NCBI GenBank assembly: GCA_965219455.1
Contig: OZ244744.1
Location: forward strand, 5,120,001 to 5,184,000
Direction of reading: 5' to 3'
DNA length: 64,000 bases
DNA from: Candidatus Latescibacterota bacterium
GTDB taxonomy: Bacteria; Latescibacterota; UBA2968; GCA-2709665
In this document: positions 11,689-22,089 of the stretch, one piece after another
Layout of the letters: each line of letters begins with the position of its first letter
Numbering within the stretch: the stretch's first letter is position 1
Made by a program: the position numbers and the translations under genes
The notes under the pieces: generated by a model
Databases searched by the model: none
Seen by the model: the letters and a program-made list of their open reading frames with translations, nothing else
Told to the model about the DNA's origin: nothing

Positions 11689-12882
11689 TCAGGTGGTATA
11701 TTCGGCGTTGATCCTGACGTAGTCGTATGTCAGGTCGCAGGTGTAAATCGTGGCGTTTTCCTCTCCCTGATCGAGGTTGATTTCGATATCCACATCCGTC
11801 CCCGACAAAGCCCGTATGGCTTCCTCGGAATCGAATGGCAGGCCGCCTCCGTTGCCGTAGATGGGAATGCCGGCCATCGAAACGGAGATTTTGTACGGTT
11901 CTACCGGCACGCCGGCATACCCGATCGCGCAAAGGATACGGCCCCAATTCGGATCTCTGCCGAAGACGGCGGTCTTGACAAGGTTCGAATTGCCCACGGA
12001 CAGACCGATGGTTCGGGCGTCTCGTGTGGACGCGGCTCCGGCGACCCGAATGGTGATGAGCTTGGTCGCGCCTTCACCGTCGCGGGCGATCTGCCTCGCC
12101 AGGCTGCCGCAGACGGCGTTCAGTCCCTTTTGAAAGGACTCGATCTCGCCGCCCGAGAGCGGGCGTTCGCAAGCGGCGCCGTTGGCCAGCAGGAGCACCG
12201 TGTCGTTCGTGCTTCTGTCGCCGTCCACCGTAATGCAATTGAAAGACCGGTCCGTGGCCACGCGAAGACACGTTTCCAGCCGTCCTGGATCTACAGCGGC
12301 GTCCGTGGCGACAAAGCCGAGCATGGTGGCCATGTCGGGTGCGATCATTCCGGCCCCCTTCGCGATTCCGCAGATGGTGACCTCGCGTCCGTCAAGCCGG
12401 AATTGCGCCGATGCCAGCTTCGGCACCGTATCGGTGGTCATAATTGCAGCCGAGGCGTCCACCCAGCCATCATCGCGCAGGTCCCGGACTGCCGCCGGGA
12501 TGCCCGCGCGGATATTTTCCATGGGAAGCGGCACGCCGATCACACCCGTCGAGTTGACCAACACGTTTTCCGGCGCGATGTCGAGTTCACGCGCCACTTC
12601 ACGTGCCGTCTGCCGGGCGTCGGCCAACCCCCGTTCTCCCGTGCAGGCATTGGCATTCTTGCTGTTGATGACAATGGCCTGGGCGGTATTGTCCGCCAGG
12701 TGTTCCCGGTTTACCTGGATCGGGGCCGCCTGCACCTGGTTGGTTGTGAACACACCCGTCGCCACGGCAGGTCTGCTGGATGCGATGAGGGCCAGATCCT
12801 TGCCGTCTGGCTTGAGGCCGCAGGCGACTCCGGCTGCGCGGAACCCCTCGGGGCGGATACAATTGCCTTCGGTGATTTTCAA
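11689..12882 (-). CDS. argJ: Glutamate N-acetyltransferase/amino-acid acetyltransferase
   Basis: NANACTG, STGVIG, MTTDT, KGAGMIAPDMATML, DGEGATK, DPNWGR. Confidence 0.96.
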   Translation of the reverse strand: MKITEGNCIRPEGFRAAGVACGLKPDGKDLALIASSRPAVATGVFTTNQVQAAPIQVNREHLADNTAQAIVINSKNANACTGERGLADARQTAREVARELDIAPENVLVNSTGVIGVPLPMENIRAGIPAAVRDLRDDGWVDASAAIMTTDTVPKLASAQFRLDGREVTICGIAKGAGMIAPDMATMLGFVATDAAVDPGRLETCLRVATDRSFNCITVDGDRSTNDTVLLLANGAACERPLSGGEIESFQKGLNAVCGSLARQIARDGEGATKLITIRVAGAASTRDARTIGLSVGNSNLVKTAVFGRDPNWGRILCAIGYAGVPVEPYKISVSMAGIPIYGNGGGLPFDSEEAIRALSGTDVDIEINLDQGEENATIYTCDLTYDYVRINAEYTT

Positions 12883-12893
12883 AGCCGATCCCC

Positions 12894-14066
12894 TCAGAAG
12901 AATGCCCGCTTGATGTTTCTGACGGCCTGGCGGATGCGGTGCTCGTTTTCGACGAGAGAAATACGCACGTAACCCTCGCCCATGTCGCCGAAGCCGATTC
13001 CGGGAGAAACGGCGACTTCCGCTTCCTCCATCATTTTGAGGGCAAATCTCATTGAGCCCAGATAGCGGTATTTGTCGGGGATCTGCGTCCAGATAAACAT
13101 CGATGCTTTGGGTTTGAAAACGGGCCAGCCGATCCGGTTAAGTCCCTCGACAAGAACATCGCGCCTGGATCGATAGATTTCAGCCGCCTGGGCAACACAG
13201 TCCTGAGGACCGTCCAGGGCAGCGATGGCGGCGACCTGTATGGGCGTGAAAATACCGTAGTCGTAGTAATGCTTAATGGTTTTCAGCGCTTCGATGACTT
13301 CCGGATTGCCCAGGCAGAAACCGACCCGCCAGCCGGCCATGTTGTAGGTTTTGGACATCGTGTAGAATTCCACGCCCACTTCCTTAGCCCCTTTCACCTG
13401 GAGCAGGCTGGGTGCACGGTAGCCATCGAAGACGATATCGGAGTACGCCATGTCGTGAATGATGACGATTTCCTGTCGCCTGGCGAAGTCCACGATTTCT
13501 TCAAAAAAAGCGGAGTCCACCGTCGCGGTGGTGGGGTTGTTCGGGAAGTTGAAGATCATCATTTTCGGTTTTGGCCACAGTTCCCGCGCCACCATCTGGA
13601 TTTCGGGGATGAACTCTTTTTCCGGCCGGAGAGGCAGACTCAGAACATTGCCGTTCGCGATGGCGACGCCGTAGAGATGCAGAGGGTACGCTGGGTTGGG
13701 CACGATGGCGAGATCGCCGGGATCCAGGAGGGCCAGGCAGATGTGGGCGAGACCCTCCTTGGACCCAATCGTGACAAGGGCTTCCGTGTCGGGGTCCAGA
13801 TCGACGCCGAAGCGCCGCCTGTAATGCCGGCAGATGGCCGCGCGCAACGCGGCGATGCCCTGTGAAGGCGCATAGCGGTGTGTCTTCGGATCACCTGCAA
13901 CTTCGATGAGTTTGTCTACAATATGTGCGGGGGTGGGCTGGTCCGGGTTTCCCATGCCCAGATCGATAATGTCCACACCCTGCCGGCGCAGGCGCATCTT
14001 GTGCGCGTTGACGTCAGCAAACACATACGGCGGAAGGCGTTCGATTCTGCGGGAGGTGATTTTCAT
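12894..14066 (-). CDS. Class I/II aminotransferase (AlaC / LL-DAP aminotransferase-like)
   Basis: RLPPYVF, DLGMGNPD, IGSKEG, SKTYNMAGWRVG, DYGIFTPIQ, ENEHRIRQA; start set at ATG 14066. Confidence 0.85.
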   Translation of the reverse strand: MKITSRRIERLPPYVFADVNAHKMRLRRQGVDIIDLGMGNPDQPTPAHIVDKLIEVAGDPKTHRYAPSQGIAALRAAICRHYRRRFGVDLDPDTEALVTIGSKEGLAHICLALLDPGDLAIVPNPAYPLHLYGVAIANGNVLSLPLRPEKEFIPEIQMVARELWPKPKMMIFNFPNNPTTATVDSAFFEEIVDFARRQEIVIIHDMAYSDIVFDGYRAPSLLQVKGAKEVGVEFYTMSKTYNMAGWRVGFCLGNPEVIEALKTIKHYYDYGIFTPIQVAAIAALDGPQDCVAQAAEIYRSRRDVLVEGLNRIGWPVFKPKASMFIWTQIPDKYRYLGSMRFALKMMEEAEVAVSPGIGFGDMGEGYVRISLVENEHRIRQAVRNIKRAFF

Positions 14067-14118
14067 GTTCGCAACCTGAAAGGAGACCCGGCCCCGTTCG
14101 GCCCCGGTCGGCAGGAGC

Positions 14119-15726
14119 TTATGCAAGCGTTTCCTGCCGGATCGGTTCGCTGTTCGTGAGGAAGCCCTCTCTGAGCAACTTGTAGCTGAGGCTGTCGACC
14201 AGAGCGATCCAGCTGGCTTCAATGATGTTTTCAGACACACCGATCGTGTTCCAGACCCTGTGGCTGTCGGAGGACTCAATGAGTACGCGCACCCTTGCGG
14301 CAGTGCCGTCCTGGGCGGATAGGACACGCACCTTGTAGTCTTCGAGGTGGACTTCCCTGAGAATGGGATACACCGGCTCCAGCCCCTGCCGGAGCGCCGC
14401 GTCCAGCGCGTTCACCGGCCCGTCTCCGTCGGCCACTGTGTGATAGATCCGGCCATCCACCTCAACCTTGACGATCGCTTCGGCTTCGGTCCCTTCCGCA
14501 GATTTCCGGTTGATTGTGCGGAATCCGACTAACCGGAACGGGTCGGAAATGGCGCCAAGCGCCTTGCGGGCCAGGATTTCGAAGGATGCTTCGGCGGCTT
14601 CAAAGACGTACCCCTCGTGTTCGAGTTGCTTGATCTGTCGAAGAAGGCGCTGAACCGCCGGATGTTTTTTGTCAAGTCCGGGAATGAGATGGTTCAGCTT
14701 GGCGGCGATGGTGGCGCTTCCGGACTGCTCGGACAACAGAAAGCGCCGTTCGTTGCCCACGTGTTCGGGCTCGCAGTGTTCGTACGTAGCGGGTTGCTTG
14801 ACCATGGCGTCGATGTGAACCCCGCCCTTGTGCGCAAATGCGCTTTCTCCCACATATGGCTGGCGGTGATCGTGATAGACGTTTGCGATTTCGCTCAGGA
14901 AACGGGAGAAGTCCTTCAGCCCTGCGAGTTTTTCAGGACCTATGCTGGATTTATCGAGTTTCAGTTCGAGGCTCGGAATGATGGAGCACAGATTGGCATT
15001 GCCGCAGCGCTCCCCGTACCCGTTGAATGTGCCCTGAACCTGAGCGGCACCCATTTCGACGGCCACAAGCGCGTTGGCGACTCCAACGCCCGCGTCGTTG
15101 TGGGTGTGGATCCCGAAGGGCAGGTTGATCTTCTGCTTTACGTTTCCGATGATTTCCGGCAGTTCGGAGGGCAGGGTGCCGCCGTTGGTGTCACAGAGGA
15201 CCAGGATGCCGGCGCCGCCTTCCTGTGCGGCCAGGAGGGTCGCGATGGCGTATTGAGGATCGTCCTTGTAGCCGTCGAAGAAGTGTTCCGCGTCGTAAAC
15301 GACCTCCCGTCCGTTCCATCCGATAAACGCAACGGAGTCCTGGATGAGTCTCAGGTTCTCGTCGCGAGTGGTGCGAAGGACGCGCGTGACGTGCAGTTCC
15401 CAAGACTTGCCGAAAAGGGTGACCACATCGGTGCCTGCCTGGAGCAGGGTGTTGAGGATGGCGTCATCCTCCGGGTGGTTGTTCGCCCGACGGGTGCTGC
15501 CGAAGGCGGCAACCTTCGCATTTTCAAACGGGAGTTCGCTGATGCGATTGAAAAATTCCATATCTTTGGGATTGGTGGGATTTGGCCACCCGCCTTCGAT
15601 ATAGTGGACGCCGAGGGCGTCCAGGCGCTGCGCGATCATGAGCTTGTCATCCAGCGAGAATGCAATCCCTTCGGCCTGCGCGCCGTCCCGAAGGGTGGAA
15701 TCGTATATCTGTACACGGTTGGACAT
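14119..15726 (-). CDS. cimA: Citramalate synthase
   Basis: DSTLRDGAQAEG, IEGGWP, YDAEHFFDG, HTHND, GYGERCGNA, GVSENIIEASW. Confidence 0.88.
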   Translation of the reverse strand: MSNRVQIYDSTLRDGAQAEGIAFSLDDKLMIAQRLDALGVHYIEGGWPNPTNPKDMEFFNRISELPFENAKVAAFGSTRRANNHPEDDAILNTLLQAGTDVVTLFGKSWELHVTRVLRTTRDENLRLIQDSVAFIGWNGREVVYDAEHFFDGYKDDPQYAIATLLAAQEGGAGILVLCDTNGGTLPSELPEIIGNVKQKINLPFGIHTHNDAGVGVANALVAVEMGAAQVQGTFNGYGERCGNANLCSIIPSLELKLDKSSIGPEKLAGLKDFSRFLSEIANVYHDHRQPYVGESAFAHKGGVHIDAMVKQPATYEHCEPEHVGNERRFLLSEQSGSATIAAKLNHLIPGLDKKHPAVQRLLRQIKQLEHEGYVFEAAEASFEILARKALGAISDPFRLVGFRTINRKSAEGTEAEAIVKVEVDGRIYHTVADGDGPVNALDAALRQGLEPVYPILREVHLEDYKVRVLSAQDGTAARVRVLIESSDSHRVWNTIGVSENIIEASWIALVDSLSYKLLREGFLTNSEPIRQETLA

Positions 15727-15912
15727 TAAAGGCTCCTTTTGCATTGGATCGGAGATTCAGGAATATGGAACAGACGCGCCCAGTCGGCTCGACGGTCCCG
15801 TCCACGCGTTCAACAATCCGCCGTTCCAATGCGACCCGGGCGGTGGTGGCAGCCCGGGTGATTCCACTTCCTTTCCGCTGGATTTACGAGCGTCATCCGG
15901 AGGTGCTCCCTG

Positions 15913-16977
15913 CTATGTGCGTGCGACCTCGTCGGCGATGAGGTCGCCTACCTCGGAGGTGTTGTAACCCATTTTTCCGGCGCCCATGCCTTTGAGTCTG
16001 GTGCCGACGACATGGATGATGGCGTCCTCCAGGATCCTTGCGCCTTCGGTCTCGCCCAGGACCTCGATCATCATTTGGGCGGCGGCGATGCCGGCGACAG
16101 GATTAATGACACCCATGCCGGTATATTTGGGCGCCGATCCGCCAATGGGTTCGAACATGGAAACGCCCTCGGGGTTGATATTGCCCCCCGCCGCAACACC
16201 CATACCGCCCTGAATCATGGCGCCCAGGTCGGTGATGATGTCGCCGAACATGTTGTCGGTGACAATCACGTCGAACCATTCCGGGTTTTTCACCATCCAC
16301 ATCGTAATGGCGTCAACGTGGGCATAGTCCCGCTTGACGTCGGCGTAATCGGCGTTTCCGATTTCGTTGAACGTACGTTCCCACAGGTCGAAGGCATAGG
16401 TGAGCACGTTGGTCTTGCCGCAGAGGGTGAGCGTGTTTTCGCGCTTGCGCCTGCGTGTGTATTCGAAGGCATACCTCAGGCAGCGCTCTACTCCCTTTCG
16501 GGTATTGATGGATTCCTGGACGGCGACCTCGTCGGGAGTACCCTTCTTCAGGAATCCGCCGGCGCCGGAATAGAGGCCTTCGGTGTTTTCGCGCACGACA
16601 ACAAAGTCGACGTCTGCGGGGCCCTTGTCTTTGAGCGGGCAGTCCACGTTGGGGTAAAGCTTGACCGGGCGCAGGTTGATGTACTGGTCCAGTTCAAAGC
16701 GGGTTCGCAGGAGAATGCCCTTCTCCAGGATCCCGGGCCGGACATCGGGATGGCCAATGGCGCCCAGGTAGATGGCGTCGAATCCCTCGAGTTCTTCAAG
16801 GGCCGAGTCCGGCAGGGTTTCGCCGGTTCTCAGGTACCGTTCGCCGCCGAAGTCGAAGGTAACGGTTTCATAGGCGAAACCGCTTGTCCGGGCAACGGCG
16901 TTTACACATTTCAGGCCTTCCGCGACAACCTCCGGACCCGTGCCGTCGCCGGGGATGACCGCGATCTTGTAAGACAA
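15913..16977 (-). CDS. leuB: 3-isopropylmalate dehydrogenase
   Basis: [38 protein letters not shown]; TTG start with GGAGG RBS. Confidence 0.92.
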   Translation of the reverse strand: MSYKIAVIPGDGTGPEVVAEGLKCVNAVARTSGFAYETVTFDFGGERYLRTGETLPDSALEELEGFDAIYLGAIGHPDVRPGILEKGILLRTRFELDQYINLRPVKLYPNVDCPLKDKGPADVDFVVVRENTEGLYSGAGGFLKKGTPDEVAVQESINTRKGVERCLRYAFEYTRRRKRENTLTLCGKTNVLTYAFDLWERTFNEIGNADYADVKRDYAHVDAITMWMVKNPEWFDVIVTDNMFGDIITDLGAMIQGGMGVAAGGNINPEGVSMFEPIGGSAPKYTGMGVINPVAGIAAAQMMIEVLGETEGARILEDAIIHVVGTRLKGMGAGKMGYNTSEVGDLIADEVART

Positions 16978-16994
16978 TGGGCGCCTCCATTGGG

Positions 16995-17129
16995 TTAGCA
17001 GCCCGATGAAAAAGCCCATCCGGACTGCGGGCGGCTCTTGTGGCCGAATTACTGCGTTGCGCTCCCTCCCCGAATCCCCCGATTCGGCTCGGTCTCGCCT
17101 GCAGAGCAACTTTTTCAACGGACTGTTAG
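16995..17129. mobile_element. MITE-like element with imperfect ~20 bp terminal inverted repeats
   Basis: TTAGCAGCCCGATGAAAAAG (16995-17014) vs CTTTTTCAACGGACTGTTAG (17110-17129), 16/20 complementary; fills most of the leuD-leuB spacer. Confidence 0.55.
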
Positions 17130-17722
17130 AATCCTGAGATATAGGGGAGATTCCGCGCAACGGAACGAACGCTTTCACGACCCTCCAAAAGCATTCCCGT
17201 GGCGTCCCACGCCCCTTCCAGGAGCTGAATGCGGTCTCCGTCCGGGATCCGGATGTCGACCGTCAGATCGCCGCATGCCAGGGTCTTTTCTTCCAGGTCG
17301 ACCGTGATCTCCCGTGTCGGATCGGATTCGACGGCGTCCATCAATGTCTGAATATTCCCGGTTGAGGCCGTGACGCACGGCAAACCCATTGCGGTGCAAT
17401 TGCCCTGGAATATCTCCCCAAACGACTCCCCGACGATGGCCCTGATGCCCCAACGCATAATGGCCTGAGGCGCATGTTCCCGGGAGGATCCGCATCCGAA
17501 GTTGGCATTGACCAACAGAATCGACGCCCCGCGGTACCGGGCGTCGTCGAAAGGATGGTCTACGGACTTCCGGTCGTCTTCGAAGACGAATTCCCCCAGG
17601 CCCTCGAAGGTGATGTTTCGCAGATACCTCGCGGGAATGATCCGGTCGGTATCGATGTCGTTGCCCCGGACCGGAATGCCTCGACCGGCCGCGCGGGTGA
17701 CTGTGGATGATGCACCGTTCAT
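17126..17722 (-). CDS. leuD: 3-isopropylmalate dehydratase small subunit
   Basis: DIDTDRIIPARYL, NFGCGSSREHAP. Confidence 0.96.
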   Translation of the reverse strand: MNGASSTVTRAAGRGIPVRGNDIDTDRIIPARYLRNITFEGLGEFVFEDDRKSVDHPFDDARYRGASILLVNANFGCGSSREHAPQAIMRWGIRAIVGESFGEIFQGNCTAMGLPCVTASTGNIQTLMDAVESDPTREITVDLEEKTLACGDLTVDIRIPDGDRIQLLEGAWDATGMLLEGRESVRSVARNLPYISGF

Positions 17723-17734
17723 CGGGTGATCCTT

Positions 17735-19138
17735 TCACGTCAACATGGTACGGACGTCTGTTACTTCACCGGAAACGGCCGCGGCGGCGACCATCGCCGG
17801 ACTCATCAGCAGGGTGCGGCCGGTGGGGCTGCCCTGCCGGCCCTTGAAATTCCGGTTGCTGGAGGAGGCGCACACCTGGCGGTGCTGCAGCTTGTCCGGG
17901 TTCATAGCCAGACACATGGAACAACCTGCCTCCCTCCATTCAAACCCGGCTTCGAGGAAAATCTCATGCAGGCCCTCGACTTCCGCATTCCTGCGCACGG
18001 CTGCCGAGCCGGGTACCACGAGGGCCTTGACATTGCCAGACACTCTGTTTCCCTTTGCGACATCGGCGGCTTCTCGAAGGTCGGAAATCCGGCCATTGGT
18101 GCAGGAACCGATGAACGCGACGTCGATGGGAGTACCCGCAATCGGGCTTCCGGCGTCGAAATCCATATACTTGTAGGCTTCGGCGGCGACATCTCGTTCT
18201 TCTTCACGAAGATCCCGCAGGGTGGGGATTTTTTCGGACACGTAAACGCCCTGGCCCGGCGTAATGCCCCATGTGACGGTGGGCTCGAGCGCCGCCCCGT
18301 CCAACTCGAAGACGTCGTCGTAGTGAGCGTCGGCATCAGAGGCCAGGGACTCCCACCAGTCTACCGCCCGGTCGAACGCGGCATTGGAAGGCGAATATGC
18401 CCGCCCCTTGAGATAGTCGAATGTGGTCCGGTCCGGGTTGACGTATCCCGCGCGCGCCCCGCCCTCGATGGACATGTTGCAGATGGACATGCGTTCTTCC
18501 ATGCCAAACCCGTTGATAACCGGCCCGGCGTATTCATAAGCGTAACCGACGCCGCCATTTACGCCGAGGCGGCGGATGATGTTGAGTATCACGTCTTTAG
18601 CGTAAACGCCCTTGGAGAGGCTGCCGGTCACTTCGATGCGTCTGACCTTGAGCGGGTGCATCGCCAGGCACTGCGAGGCGAGAACGTCGCGTACCTGAGA
18701 GGTCCCGATGCCGAAGGCAATGGCGCCAAACGCCCCGTGCGTCGACGTGTGGCTGTCGCCGCAGGCGATGGTCATGCCAGGCTGCGTAAGCCCGAGTTCC
18801 GGACCGATGATATGGACGATGCCCTGACGGTCATCGTGGAGGTTGAAGAGCGGTATATCAAACTCCTGCGTGTTTTCCTCGATCGCTCCGAGCATCTCTT
18901 CAGCCATGGAATCCATCAGCGGACGGGTGCGGATATCGGTGGGAACAATATGGTCAACCGTGGCATACGTGCGATCGGGGTAGGCCACTTTGAGGCCGCG
19001 TTCACGCATCATCTGAAACGCCTGGGGGCTGGTTACTTCGTGAATCAGGTGCAGGCCAATAAATAGTTGGGTCTGGCCCGATGGAAGCTCGCGAACGGCG
19101 TGTGCATCCCACACCTTGCAAAACAGACTCTTGCCCAT
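17735..19138 (-). CDS. leuC: 3-isopropylmalate dehydratase large subunit
   Basis: [46 protein letters not shown]. Confidence 0.97.
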   Translation of the reverse strand: MGKSLFCKVWDAHAVRELPSGQTQLFIGLHLIHEVTSPQAFQMMRERGLKVAYPDRTYATVDHIVPTDIRTRPLMDSMAEEMLGAIEENTQEFDIPLFNLHDDRQGIVHIIGPELGLTQPGMTIACGDSHTSTHGAFGAIAFGIGTSQVRDVLASQCLAMHPLKVRRIEVTGSLSKGVYAKDVILNIIRRLGVNGGVGYAYEYAGPVINGFGMEERMSICNMSIEGGARAGYVNPDRTTFDYLKGRAYSPSNAAFDRAVDWWESLASDADAHYDDVFELDGAALEPTVTWGITPGQGVYVSEKIPTLRDLREEERDVAAEAYKYMDFDAGSPIAGTPIDVAFIGSCTNGRISDLREAADVAKGNRVSGNVKALVVPGSAAVRRNAEVEGLHEIFLEAGFEWREAGCSMCLAMNPDKLQHRQVCASSSNRNFKGRQGSPTGRTLLMSPAMVAAAAVSGEVTDVRTMLT

Positions 19139-19209
19139 GGGTGGTGTCAACCTCCGGAAAATGCCGTTTGACGACGGGATTCGGCATCGGGTCGCTTAGA
19201 ACCCCGTGC

Positions 19210-20754
19210 CTATACGGCCTCTGTTCGATGCCGGCGGACACCCGCGCGAACGGCCAAATGGTTCAGGGCATCGATGTAAGCTTTCGCGCTGGCCTGAATG
19301 ATGTCCGTCGACGCGCCCCTACCCGTGGCGCCGTCTCCTTGCTGGCTGACCTTTACGGTCACTTCCCCCATCGCCTCGGCGCCGTGGGTGACGGAACGGA
19401 TGTGGTATTCGTCGACCTGGACGACAGTCGACGTGGCCTGCGCGATGGCTTTGTAGGTGGCATCGACCGGACCGTCGCCCCAGGCGGACTCCTGGATTTC
19501 TTTTTCGCCCTCAATGCAAATCCGCACGGTGGCGGAGGGGATGGTGCCGGTGCCGCTGGTGGTGTGCATGTACAGGAGTTGGTATTTCTCGGGAATATCC
19601 CGGATCTCGTCATCCACAATGGCCATCAGGTCCTCGTCGTACACCTCTTTTTTCTTGTCGGCCACTTTCAGGAATCGCTTGTACGCCTTGTTCAGGTCGT
19701 TCTGTTCAAGGTGGTATCCCAGTTCTTCCAGGCGGTGCCGGAGGGCGTGTCGTCCCGATCTTGCGGTGAGCACGATGCTCGTGGCTTCGAGGCCCACGTC
19801 TTTCGGGTCGATGATTTCAAAGTTCGCCCGGTTTTTCAAGACGCCGTCCTGGTGTATGCCGGAACTGTGCGCAAAGGCGTTTGCGCCCACAATAGCCTTA
19901 TTGGGGGCGACGGGTATACCCATCAGGCGGCTCACGAGCCGGCTCGTGGGACAGATTTCCTTTGAGTCTATATTTGTATATAGCCGGTAATAATCACCCC
20001 GGGTGCGGATTGCCATCACAATTTCCTCGAGCGAGGCATTGCCGGCGCGTTCGCCGAGGCCGTTAACGGTACATTCCGCCTGCCGCGCCCCGTTCAGGAT
20101 GGCTGTGAGGCTGTTGATGACCGCCATGCCGAGGTCGTCGTGACAGTGTACGCTGATCACGGCCTGATCTATATTGGATACATTCTCACGGATTTTGCGG
20201 ATGAGGCCGCCGAACTGTTCGGGCACCGCATAACCCACGGTATCGGGAATATTCACCGTGGAGGCACCGGCTTCAATGGTGGCCTCTATAACTGCATATA
20301 GGTAACCCGGTTCGGTACGGGCGGCGTCCATGGGCGAGAATTCCACGTCGTCGACATACGCCCTGGCCCTTTTAACGGCTTTCACGGCCATGCCGAGCAC
20401 TTCGTCGGCGGATTTTCCGACCATGGTGATATGGTTCGGCGACGTGCCGATGAAGGTGTGGATTCTGGGTTTGGCTGCACCCCTGAGCGCTTCGCCGGCC
20501 CGGTCGATATCCTTCATCACGGCCCTGGAGAGGCCGCACACGGTTGGACCTTCGACTTCCTGTCCGATTCGCCGTACCGCTTCAAAGTCCTCGTCCGAGG
20601 AGATCGGGAAGCCGGCTTCAATGACGTCTACGTTCAGCCTGCCGAGTTGGTGCGCGATTTCGATTTTCTCGCGTACCGAAAGTTTCGCGCCGGGTGTCTG
20701 TTCGGCGTCGCGCAATGTGGTGTCGAAAATGACGACGCGGTCTCGATTATCCAT
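19210..20754 (-). CDS. leuA: 2-isopropylmalate synthase
   Basis: FDTTLRDAEQTPG, HCHDDLG, GERAGNASLEE, HSSGIHQDG, C-terminal regulatory domain. Confidence 0.95.
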   Translation of the reverse strand: MDNRDRVVIFDTTLRDAEQTPGAKLSVREKIEIAHQLGRLNVDVIEAGFPISSDEDFEAVRRIGQEVEGPTVCGLSRAVMKDIDRAGEALRGAAKPRIHTFIGTSPNHITMVGKSADEVLGMAVKAVKRARAYVDDVEFSPMDAARTEPGYLYAVIEATIEAGASTVNIPDTVGYAVPEQFGGLIRKIRENVSNIDQAVISVHCHDDLGMAVINSLTAILNGARQAECTVNGLGERAGNASLEEIVMAIRTRGDYYRLYTNIDSKEICPTSRLVSRLMGIPVAPNKAIVGANAFAHSSGIHQDGVLKNRANFEIIDPKDVGLEATSIVLTARSGRHALRHRLEELGYHLEQNDLNKAYKRFLKVADKKKEVYDEDLMAIVDDEIRDIPEKYQLLYMHTTSGTGTIPSATVRICIEGEKEIQESAWGDGPVDATYKAIAQATSTVVQVDEYHIRSVTHGAEAMGEVTVKVSQQGDGATGRGASTDIIQASAKAYIDALNHLAVRAGVRRHRTEAV

Positions 20755-20932
20755 GGGGTGCTATCGCCTCCTTCGTCCTAAGCAGGCTTCTGGTAACCGC
20801 GGGTGCCAGGCGTGGCCCGGGTTTGTCCGAATCGAGATGAGAGGGGAATCCGTTCCGGCGTAACCTCGGTTGAAGTTTGGCCGGTTGGCGGGTCGCCATG
20901 CTAGTGTTTTGTCCCTGAAATAGATTGCCTGA

Positions 20933-20969
20933 ATTCTACTGCCGAGACGGGATGAACCGGCAGTAGAAT
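20933..20969. terminator. 12-bp perfect hairpin between ilvN and leuA (terminator or RNA stability element)
   Basis: ATTCTACTGCCG / CGGCAGTAGAAT; no clear U-tract. Confidence 0.45.
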
Positions 20970-20994
20970 GGTGACATATTTCTGAGACGAGACA

Positions 20995-21507
20995 CTAATT
21001 CCCATCCTCGGCATCTCTCTTCATTTGGGAGTCGCGCAGAAGCGCGACCGTGCCGGTCCTGGCGATTTCGTTGATCCCGTAGTCCCGCAGCATGTTGATC
21101 ATGGCTGCGATTTTATCCTCTTTTCCGGTGACTTCGATGGTCATGGAGGTGGTACTGACATCCACGACGCCGGCCCGGAATATTTCCGCAATCTGGATGA
21201 TCTCGGAACGCGTGTCGGTTCGGGTCTTCACGTTAATGAGCGCCAGTTCGCGTTCGACGAATTCTCCCTGGGTGATGTCTATGACCCGGATGACGTCCAC
21301 AAGTCGGTTGAGTTGTTTGACCACCTGCTCCAGCACGCGGTCGTCGCCCCGCACGACAATGGTCATGCGGGAAATGGTGGCATCTTCGGTTTCCCCGACC
21401 GAGAGACTGTCGATGTTGAACCCTCGGCTGGAAAAGAGGCCGGATATGCGACATAGAACACCGAAGTGGTTTTCGACCATCGCGGAAATGGTGTGTCTTA
21501 TTGGCAT
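20995..21507 (-). CDS. ilvN: Acetolactate synthase small (regulatory) subunit
   Basis: VENHFGVL, RGFNIDSLSVG, EQVVKQLNRL, ERELAL, EIARTG. Confidence 0.95.
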   Translation of the reverse strand: MPIRHTISAMVENHFGVLCRISGLFSSRGFNIDSLSVGETEDATISRMTIVVRGDDRVLEQVVKQLNRLVDVIRVIDITQGEFVERELALINVKTRTDTRSEIIQIAEIFRAGVVDVSTTSMTIEVTGKEDKIAAMINMLRDYGINEIARTGTVALLRDSQMKRDAEDGN

Positions 21508-21550
21508 TGTTCGTTCCTCTTGGCAGAGTTATGGCACGGCAAGAACCTAT

Positions 21551-21670
21551 CGATTGCCCGAGAGGCTCATTCCGGGATCGGCGTTTTTTTATTTTTCAGG
21601 GGATTCGACGTGGAAGAGAGCCTCTTTTGTGCGTTCAATTGTCCAGAAGGATGGCGGACAATAAGAGGCT
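21551..21670 (-). promoter_or_regulatory. Putative ribosome-mediated attenuator of the ilvN-leu operon
   Basis: Alternative pairings: AGCCTCTT (21663-21670) with AAGAGGCT (21619-21626); AGAGGCTCTCTTCC with GGAATGAGCCTCT (21561-21573); hairpin 21551-21580. Confidence 0.6.
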
Positions 21671-21793
21671 TGAGGATGCGGGGAGGATAAAAATACCCGT
21701 ACGTGCGACTGTGGCCGCCATGGAAGGGTGCGGGACCGGGAAGGGGCTGGCACCGGAGGACGCCGGCGCATAGGGTGAAGCATAAGGATTCAT
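21635..21793 (-). CDS. Putative Ile/Leu-rich leader peptide (52 aa; 28 aa if started at ATG 21721)
   Basis: Ends ...TGIFILPASSSLLLSAILLDN*; GGAGAG before ATG 21793; lies between promoter and attenuator. Confidence 0.55.
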   Translation of the reverse strand: MNPYASPYAPASSGASPFPVPHPSMAATVARTGIFILPASSSLLLSAILLDN

Positions 21794-21841
21794 CGTCGCA
21801 CTCTCCGGTAAGGATCCGATCATCCTGATCTTAAAGTACGA

Positions 21842-21870
21842 AAAATACAGGATTTGTAATATCGTGTCAA
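21842..21870 (-). promoter_or_regulatory. Sigma70-type promoter of the ilvN-leu operon
   Basis: TTGACA-17 bp-TATTTT. Confidence 0.7.
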
Positions 21871-22089
21871 GGAAAATCAAGCGATGTCACTAATTCGTCG
21901 TCGCGCTGGCGGATCAGCGGGTTGCGGCGGCAGCGAGCACGGCATCCCCGCGTGCAGGACAGAGGAGGGGGCAAGTGAGTTTTTTTTACACTGGGGCTTG
22001 ACAGGATCCACTTTTTTTTATTAATTTTCTGGTCGAATTTAAATGCGCCAAGTGTTTTCCTGGCACCAGGGGTTGAAGGAGGACCGTGC

